From assembly GCA_029560465.1 (NCBI GenBank), contig JAKQKX010000102.1, positions 68,601 to 132,600 of the forward strand: 64,000 nt of DNA. The letters run 5' to 3'. Positions 58,462 to 64,000 of this stretch are shown in pieces; position 1 is the first letter of the stretch, and every line of letters begins with the position of its first letter. Origin of the DNA: Candidatus Omnitrophota bacterium. Lineage in GTDB: Bacteria; Omnitrophota; Gorgyraeia; Zapsychrales; JANLHA01. A program made the translations under genes and the position numbers. The notes under the pieces are model-generated. The model had not been told where the DNA came from and ran no database searches. It saw only the letters and a list, made by a program, of their open reading frames with translations.

Positions 58462-59412
58462 TTATAGACCTATTATTACCGAAACGGCTCGATGATCAGA
58501 CCCGGGAAGCGAAAGGACGTCCCTCTGGATGACAGAGATTTCTTGACTGACCAAAATGTGGTCCAAAGGAATCCTCATGAAAGCCGGGACATAAAACGGC
58601 CAGGTGGGCACAGCCCCTTTTCCTCGTGCGGAATCCTTCAGCCCAACAGCACTAAACATTCCAAACCACGGACACCACGGGGCCATGTTCAGATCCCCCG
58701 CGACAAGGCTCGGCCGGGAATCCCCTCCAATCTCTCGAACTAAGCTTTTTAACTGGCCGTTACGCCAGGCCCACCCCTTCCTGCTCATCGGAGGCGTCGG
58801 ATGCGTGGCCCAAAGGACCCATTCCTTGGCCCCCTGCGGCATAACACACCGGATCGAAGGCACCGGCGCTTCCCCCAAATACCGGACATCCATGGACACC
58901 GCGGGCACCCGCGAAAAAACACCCAAGCCAAAACAGTCATTCCGGGGCACCACTTTCTGAAAAAGATATTCCTTAAGATAAGGACGCAGGGCTTCATAAA
59001 GCGGCGTACTGATCTCGGAAATGACCAACACATCAGGATTATCCCTGAGCAGGACAGCCGCAATGGTGTCATAATCGACATTGGCCACGTTCACGTTGGC
59101 GTAGGTCACCCGGACAGGGGAAGAAACAGGGGCCCCCTCCGGCAAGGGAACGGAACCCGGGACGTACGCCACCAATGGTGTTCCGGCGAGCAGAATCATA
59201 AGCAAGGTCGCGGCAAAAAGGACACGCTTCCTCCACAAGGCAAAAAACGGCAGACTCAGGACAAGGAACCCGACCTGCTGCAGACGGAAATGGCTGAACA
59301 GGTCAAAAAACCAAAACCACCGGCCCATCCAGCCCAACACCGGCCCTGACAACGCCAGCCAAAAAAATATCCAGGGGAAATACTTCGAAGGAATGCGCTG
59401 GCGCTGTGTCAT
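58462..59412 (-). CDS. Endonuclease/exonuclease/phosphatase (EEP, YafD-like) protein with N-terminal TMs
   Basis: Three hydrophobic helices, then ANV, SE, THP, GDLN, LDHIL and GSDH. Confidence 0.9.
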   Translation of the reverse strand: MTQRQRIPSKYFPWIFFWLALSGPVLGWMGRWFWFFDLFSHFRLQQVGFLVLSLPFFALWRKRVLFAATLLMILLAGTPLVAYVPGSVPLPEGAPVSSPVRVTYANVNVANVDYDTIAAVLLRDNPDVLVISEISTPLYEALRPYLKEYLFQKVVPRNDCFGLGVFSRVPAVSMDVRYLGEAPVPSIRCVMPQGAKEWVLWATHPTPPMSRKGWAWRNGQLKSLVREIGGDSRPSLVAGDLNMAPWCPWFGMFSAVGLKDSARGKGAVPTWPFYVPAFMRIPLDHILVSQEISVIQRDVLSLPGSDHRAVSVIIGL

Positions 59413-59437
59413 GAAAGCCCCCGTTTGCCAAAAAATT

Positions 59438-60145
59438 TTAAGGCCGGCGCAAAACCCGATGGCCGTTAATGTCCTGAACGACAATATCCGGGACCGCCTT
59501 AAACAAATCTCCTTGCTGGATTTCTTTAGCCAACCGCTCCTGCTGAATTATGTTAGCGGCGTCATAAAGCGGCGTCTGGCTCAAGTCATTGATGACCGCA
59601 ATCTTTTTGCCGGGCTGATTGTCCAGGACCTTGTAGATCCTCCTGATATAAAGATCTATCTTTTCCGGCGGGTAAGGGAACACTTCAACCGCGGCCTTAA
59701 ATATAATCTTGCCCCATTCCTCTTCTCCCAGTTTTTGCATCAAAGCATACAGGGAGCTGTACTTGAGCAACCGCTGCTGTCCCGGCTTCAAACGGCGGGA
59801 ATGGCTCAGGAGCATATGCGTCAGTTCCTGAGGGTTGAACGTCTTGAGCTCTTTATGCACGTCAAAGTTCAACAGGTTAAAATGATAGACGCCTCGCACC
59901 GCCCCGGACGCGGTTTCCACGCTGCGGTTCAGCAAATCCAGGCAGGATTCCCAGATAAATTTCTCGTCACTGCGGATCACGTTCACCGCGAGGACGGTAT
60001 AGGCGTCCCCGCCCTCCTCGGCCTCAAACAGCTGCATATGGTTCGGGACCAGCCCTTTAAACCGGATCAGGGCAAACGGCGGCAGGGGCACAAACGTCGG
60101 GCTCGCCGCCATGTCAAATTCGATCAGGTTCGTCATGCGCGCCAT
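59438..60145 (-). CDS. Hypothetical soluble protein
   Basis: 235-aa ORF, co-oriented and tightly packed; natural globular composition; no motif recognised. Confidence 0.75.
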   Translation of the reverse strand: MARMTNLIEFDMAASPTFVPLPPFALIRFKGLVPNHMQLFEAEEGGDAYTVLAVNVIRSDEKFIWESCLDLLNRSVETASGAVRGVYHFNLLNFDVHKELKTFNPQELTHMLLSHSRRLKPGQQRLLKYSSLYALMQKLGEEEWGKIIFKAAVEVFPYPPEKIDLYIRRIYKVLDNQPGKKIAVINDLSQTPLYDAANIIQQERLAKEIQQGDLFKAVPDIVVQDINGHRVLRRP

Positions 60146-60232
60146 CCATTTTTAATTTTTAATTGCGCTGTCTTCCAGCGCCCGGGAACACAGCCCGGGG
60201 CAAGAAAACGAGCCCCATTTCTAAAAAACCGC

Positions 60233-60628
60233 CTAAGGATTTGATCGCGTAGAGGATTTTATCAATTCCGCCAACGTGGACGGCTGGACCGCCCGCAGCC
60301 ATTGATGATCAAAGGCCGGGTCGTCCCCGCTGTCGGCGGTCCAGTCCACCAGAATTCCCTCATCACTGAAAACATACGCGGCCGGCCCGGAAGGCAGCGC
60401 AAACCAGGAGTCCCTGGGGCTGAATGCGATATAATAAAAGCCGCTTTTCTGCCGATTCTTGACAACCCTCTGCGGCATCCTTTTTAACGCGACATACTGG
60501 GTCACATTGGAAAATTTTTGTTCTGGGCTGTTGATCCGGCGCCATCTGAATTCCGAAGTCAACCATGCGAGGACGGGAAAAACCGCCCCCAGGGTTGCCA
60601 ACACGACAAACTTATTTCGCTTGCGCAC
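60233..60628 (-). CDS. Hypothetical membrane-anchored protein
   Basis: Basic N-terminus plus TM; C-terminal SGPAAYVF...LVDW...GDDP segment. Confidence 0.65.
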   Translation of the reverse strand: MRKRNKFVVLATLGAVFPVLAWLTSEFRWRRINSPEQKFSNVTQYVALKRMPQRVVKNRQKSGFYYIAFSPRDSWFALPSGPAAYVFSDEGILVDWTADSGDDPAFDHQWLRAVQPSTLAELIKSSTRSNP

Positions 60629-60695
60629 CGGTCTGCCTCATACTTGTTTCCCGTTAAAATCATTCCCGAGGAAGGGGAAAGGCCTGTCACGGTGA

Positions 60696-61460
60696 TTAGT
60701 CGTTCCGGTCTGTGTACCAATCATAGTTCGCCCGCCGGTATGTTTCATCCCTGCGGTCCTGGGAATCCCTCCGGTAACGGTACGAGTCGTCGAGGATCCT
60801 CTGGGTATCCCGCTGCTGATCTTGCCAGATTTGATACCGTTGCCGCCAGTCTCCCCCGCCCTGCGCGGGCTCAGATTGCTGCGGATACGCCTGCTGCTGC
60901 ACCGGCATATTCCCGTCCTCTACCGCCGTGGTGATAACCATAAACGTGAGCCCAAACATAAGCACGAGGGACAGGATAGAAAGGCCCGCCACCCAAACCG
61001 CCCTGCGGGGATTTTTCCGGACATAATCCTGCACAAAAGAAGGCTTTCCTCGCCATGGCCGAAACCCCCACATCACAAAACGATACGCAGCCGCATCCAA
61101 CGGGCATAATCCTTCAGGCTCATCCCCGGCAGGAGCATCCGACTTGGGCGGAGGGGGCTCTTGCTCCCGGGACGCGGGTTCGGCGCAGCAAGCGCGCTTG
61201 GGTAACGGCGGAGGAACCGGCTTCTGAGGGGCCGCCTTGGGCAAAGGCGGCGGCTTCATACACTCCTCAAGCAACGACCCGAAAGCCTCCTGGAGTTCCA
61301 GGACATCACACAGGGGCAGCCATTCCTTCATGCCTTGGCACCAGGCCAGCGTTTCTTCCGTAATCTTCCCGTCCATAATATTCTCTTTAATAACGTCTTC
61401 CTTCAGCGGGCCGACTTCCTGATGATCAATTCCGAAAAAATATCTTTTCTTAAGCATCAC
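60696..61460 (-). CDS. GYF_2/DUF4339-domain membrane protein
   Basis: YF...GP...I..G.I...TLAW..GM.EW..L..V.EL then PPPLP repeats and one TM; GAGG SD. Confidence 0.85.
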   Translation of the reverse strand: MMLKKRYFFGIDHQEVGPLKEDVIKENIMDGKITEETLAWCQGMKEWLPLCDVLELQEAFGSLLEECMKPPPLPKAAPQKPVPPPLPKRACCAEPASREQEPPPPKSDAPAGDEPEGLCPLDAAAYRFVMWGFRPWRGKPSFVQDYVRKNPRRAVWVAGLSILSLVLMFGLTFMVITTAVEDGNMPVQQQAYPQQSEPAQGGGDWRQRYQIWQDQQRDTQRILDDSYRYRRDSQDRRDETYRRANYDWYTDRND

Positions 61461-61589
61461 ACCTCCTCTTGTCCTATCCCCCGGGGACTGCCATTACCTT
61501 ATAATTTCTTTGAGCCAGCAGCCGCCCCGCCGCCGGCTGGATTGATACCGCCAAAACATTCCGTCCCCCAGGGGCCAGGGGGATGCCGC

Positions 61590-62063
61590 TCAATCGCCGA
61601 AAGTAATCTGGGCCATATGCGCTGACAATTTCAGGGCATCCAGAAAATGACGGGCCGGCAACTTATTCTTCACGACCAACCCCATCATGCAACCGCCGGA
61701 ATACGCCGTAAACAGCGCGACATCCGGATTTTCAAAATTCAGAGACAAAACATAATTCGAAATAAACGTGACGTCATGAAAAGACGGGTCCGCCTCCCCT
61801 GAAATCTGGCCGCGGCCAATGTCCATAAGATTCAACGCCAATTCCTGAGCCGGCCACTCCGGGTGCTCCCAAACCAGCCTGCCCTTGATCTGCTGATAAT
61901 CCGGGAGAACCCTGTTACAAAAATCCATAATCTGCTGTCCATACGTGCTATAAAGCGGCGCGGCGATTTCTGTGGGATTCCGGTCCCCGGCATCAGCCCG
62001 CCCTATCATCAAAGACGCCACCCCCAAGACCGGGATAAGAAAATTTGCGAATCGAAACCTCAT
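61590..62063 (-). CDS. Hypothetical exported protein
   Basis: Signal peptide MRFRFANFLIPVLGVASLMIGRADA; GGAGG SD before ATG 62063. Confidence 0.7.
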   Translation of the reverse strand: MRFRFANFLIPVLGVASLMIGRADAGDRNPTEIAAPLYSTYGQQIMDFCNRVLPDYQQIKGRLVWEHPEWPAQELALNLMDIGRGQISGEADPSFHDVTFISNYVLSLNFENPDVALFTAYSGGCMMGLVVKNKLPARHFLDALKLSAHMAQITFGD

Positions 62064-62107
62064 TAAGAATTTTCCTCCACACGCAAACCCATTGAAAGCA
62101 CAAAGGG

Positions 62108-62488
62108 CTATGAATCTCTGACGTCTTTGATCAGCCACTCTTTGGCCGCTTCCAAATCATTAAACGGGACCATCGGAAGTCCGGAATAACTGCCAATCAT
62201 CTTCATAAGGACGGCCTTAAAGCCGGTCACGCCGACCACCGCTGTTTTAACAACGCTACTTTTGACTTTAACCGCTGAGTCTTTCAGGTCGGCGACCGCT
62301 TCTTTTGTTCCTGTTGACCCTTCCACATTCACCAGCAGCAAAACAGAACCCCGGGGCTCATGACAGACCAGCTCGTTGATCTGCACTATTTCCATTCTCC
62401 GCTCCTCTGAGTCCGCCACGAAATGACTATAGTCTGCATAAAGAATACGCTTGTTTTTATACACGATCCATCCTGACTTCATCATCAA
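62108..62488 (-). CDS. STAS/SEC14 (SpoIIAA-like) small protein
   Basis: W..YK.K.IL..DYS N-terminus, KTAVVG and C-terminal F.D.E.A.EWL pattern. Confidence 0.7.
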   Translation of the reverse strand: MMMKSGWIVYKNKRILYADYSHFVADSEERRMEIVQINELVCHEPRGSVLLLVNVEGSTGTKEAVADLKDSAVKVKSSVVKTAVVGVTGFKAVLMKMIGSYSGLPMVPFNDLEAAKEWLIKDVRDS

Positions 62489-62596
62489 CGCCTTTCTTTA
62501 ATTAAATATTGGACAGGAACCACGCTCTTAACAATTTCAAAAACGCACCTGGTTGATAAAAATAGCGGTTTTTCTTCCGCCATGGAGCTCAAAATT

Positions 62597-63007
62597 TCAG
62601 AATAAAGATTTCTTAAAAGCAACCGGCAGTCCTAAAGCGCCCTCAACAAAAGTCTCAACAATTTTATTGGGAAAACATAAGGGCTCTGTTCCCAGTTTCG
62701 CCCAGGCACAAACATGGGCTTCGTGATCCACTTCAACACCAAGATCTTCAAACAAGCCCTTGGAAAGGGTGTCCACGAGACCATCCTGAAAGTGCTCAAA
62801 TTTCTCTCTGGTCTGCGGGTTAAGAAGCATAAGCGGCGTGGTCACGCGCAAAGATACGCCGTCAGCCTCTTCCCGGGCGACAATGGTAAACAGCAATCCC
62901 TCGCTATTCCTGTATTTTACGGTCATCCGGTCTCCCTGGACAACAATCGGAGACCCACTAAACCGGCTTTCTAAGTAATGGTTTAATGCTTCCAAATTCA
63001 TGCTCAT
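62597..63007 (-). CDS. Hypothetical protein (possible YbjN/T3S-chaperone-like fold)
   Basis: 136-aa ORF with an apparent helix-3 strands-helix-2 strands-helix pattern; fold is a guess. Confidence 0.6.
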   Translation of the reverse strand: MSMNLEALNHYLESRFSGSPIVVQGDRMTVKYRNSEGLLFTIVAREEADGVSLRVTTPLMLLNPQTREKFEHFQDGLVDTLSKGLFEDLGVEVDHEAHVCAWAKLGTEPLCFPNKIVETFVEGALGLPVAFKKSLF

Positions 63008-63154
63008 GTCTGGTGCCTTGCCGGTAACCTTAATAAAGATTACCCGGGGTTGAGGGCCGTGGCCATTTTAGCTTTTTAATTATATATCAATTGTTTATTT
63101 ATGGAAAATTTAAATAATTGAAAAAACAAACGGCCTCCAGGAGGATATTTCTTC

Positions 63155-63457
63155 TTATATAATCCTTATTAAAATGACCGTGCCGGCAAGCCAGGACAAT
63201 ATCATGATGATAAACCACCTCTTTTTCTTGCGGCGCAGAGAAGACAGGCCGTGTGACGCGGCCCCCGGGGATATCCCCTCTTGCCCCATGACCAAATCCC
63301 ACCAAGCCTCCACATTATCACGACGGGGCTTTCCGGGCATCCCGGCTTGAGCCCTTTTCCATTTTAAAAGATAAAATGTATAAACAGCCGCCGGGAGAAG
63401 ATACCCCCCTAGGCAAACAGCGAAAACAAGCATAGGCTCTGATAAAAATACCGGCAT
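63155..63457 (-). CDS. Hypothetical two-TM membrane protein
   Basis: Two hydrophobic segments flanking a basic loop. Confidence 0.55.
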   Translation of the reverse strand: MPVFLSEPMLVFAVCLGGYLLPAAVYTFYLLKWKRAQAGMPGKPRRDNVEAWWDLVMGQEGISPGAASHGLSSLRRKKKRWFIIMILSWLAGTVILIRII

Positions 63458-63584
63458 GGAACGCTCCGAATAAGACTCTTGCCCCTGTCGGGGCCCTTTT
63501 CAATTTTGGGGTTGACCTTTAATTGCGTCTCTCCAGGCCGGGAGATTCCCCCCGGCTTCACACGGCCCTTGCCGCGGATGAATA

Positions 63585-63998
63585 TCAACAATACGGGTCA
63601 TGCACAAACGGCACATCCGCGTTTAAGATTTCCGCCAACACAAAATCCAACACCCGTAAAAACCCCTGATTGATCCTGTCATAATCGTCCACCGAAGAGC
63701 GGCGGATCAAGGGAGAAAGCTCCAGCGTCCGGAGGTTATAAAACGCCGCGTTCAATTTTTCCCCAGGGAAATATTTTTGCAGGTAATAAAAATACAGCGG
63801 CAGCTGAAACGACCGCACATTCTCATAAATGGTTTGCCGGGACAGGGACATCCTTTCAATAACCTCAAGGCCTCTCGGCAGGGGATCCGCGCCGCCGGTC
63901 TTATAATCCAGGATCATCACCGTGCCGTCCTCCAGGCGGTCAACCCGGTCGAGCCGACACACAAAAGGAAACGCGCCGCAGGGCAGGGTTATTGTGTC
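63585..63998 (-). CDS. PD-(D/E)XK nuclease C-terminal domain (AddB/RecB-like; partial, frame open to window edge)
   Basis: RLDRVD, ILDYKTG and QLPLY motifs. Confidence 0.88.
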   Translation of the reverse strand, partial: DTITLPCGAFPFVCRLDRVDRLEDGTVMILDYKTGGADPLPRGLEVIERMSLSRQTIYENVRSFQLPLYFYYLQKYFPGEKLNAAFYNLRTLELSPLIRRSSVDDYDRINQGFLRVLDFVLAEILNADVPFVHDPYC

Positions 63999-64000
63999 CG

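Noticed and set aside
63585-63998. Cas4 / CRISPR locus
   Set aside because: No repeat-spacer array or other cas gene in the window; motifs fit an AddB-like domain at the end of a longer protein

Overview
Core chromosomal region of a diderm bacterium (PVC-superphylum-like, plausibly Ca. Omnitrophota; this is inferred from gene style and not tested). Every credible gene is on the minus strand. In transcription order (right to left): a small accessory block (partial PD-(D/E)XK nuclease, several hypotheticals, a GYF_2/DUF4339 protein, an EEP hydrolase); yggS-proC-mtnP-ileS-dksA-lspA-lgt-rluD; a coiled-coil protein and aroA; the elongasome (mreBCD-mrdA-rodA); a type IVa pilus locus; rne/rng-rplU-obgE-proBA-nadD-pgm-plsC-rpsA-tyrS; and a fused tRNA-Thr-rpmG-tRNA-Trp-secE-nusG-rplKAJL-rpoBC-rpsLG-fusA-tuf-S10 superoperon. 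The pilus locus is the most interesting part. It has a stand-alone MshEN-like protein, two tandem PilB ATPases whose own MshEN motifs are degenerate, a long exported coiled-coil protein, an unannotated 42-aa membrane peptide, and a c-di-GMP-I (GEMM-I) riboswitch with a visible terminator/antiterminator upstream of the major pilin. Together these suggest two-level c-di-GMP control of piliation. Other notable points: structured RNA leaders before rne, the tRNA-Thr superoperon and rpsJ; no rpmA between rplU and obgE; a 59-nt rpoC/rpsL overlap; and a probably leaderless yggS mRNA. No rRNA, CRISPR array or mobile element was seen. All RNA structures were paired by eye, not computed.
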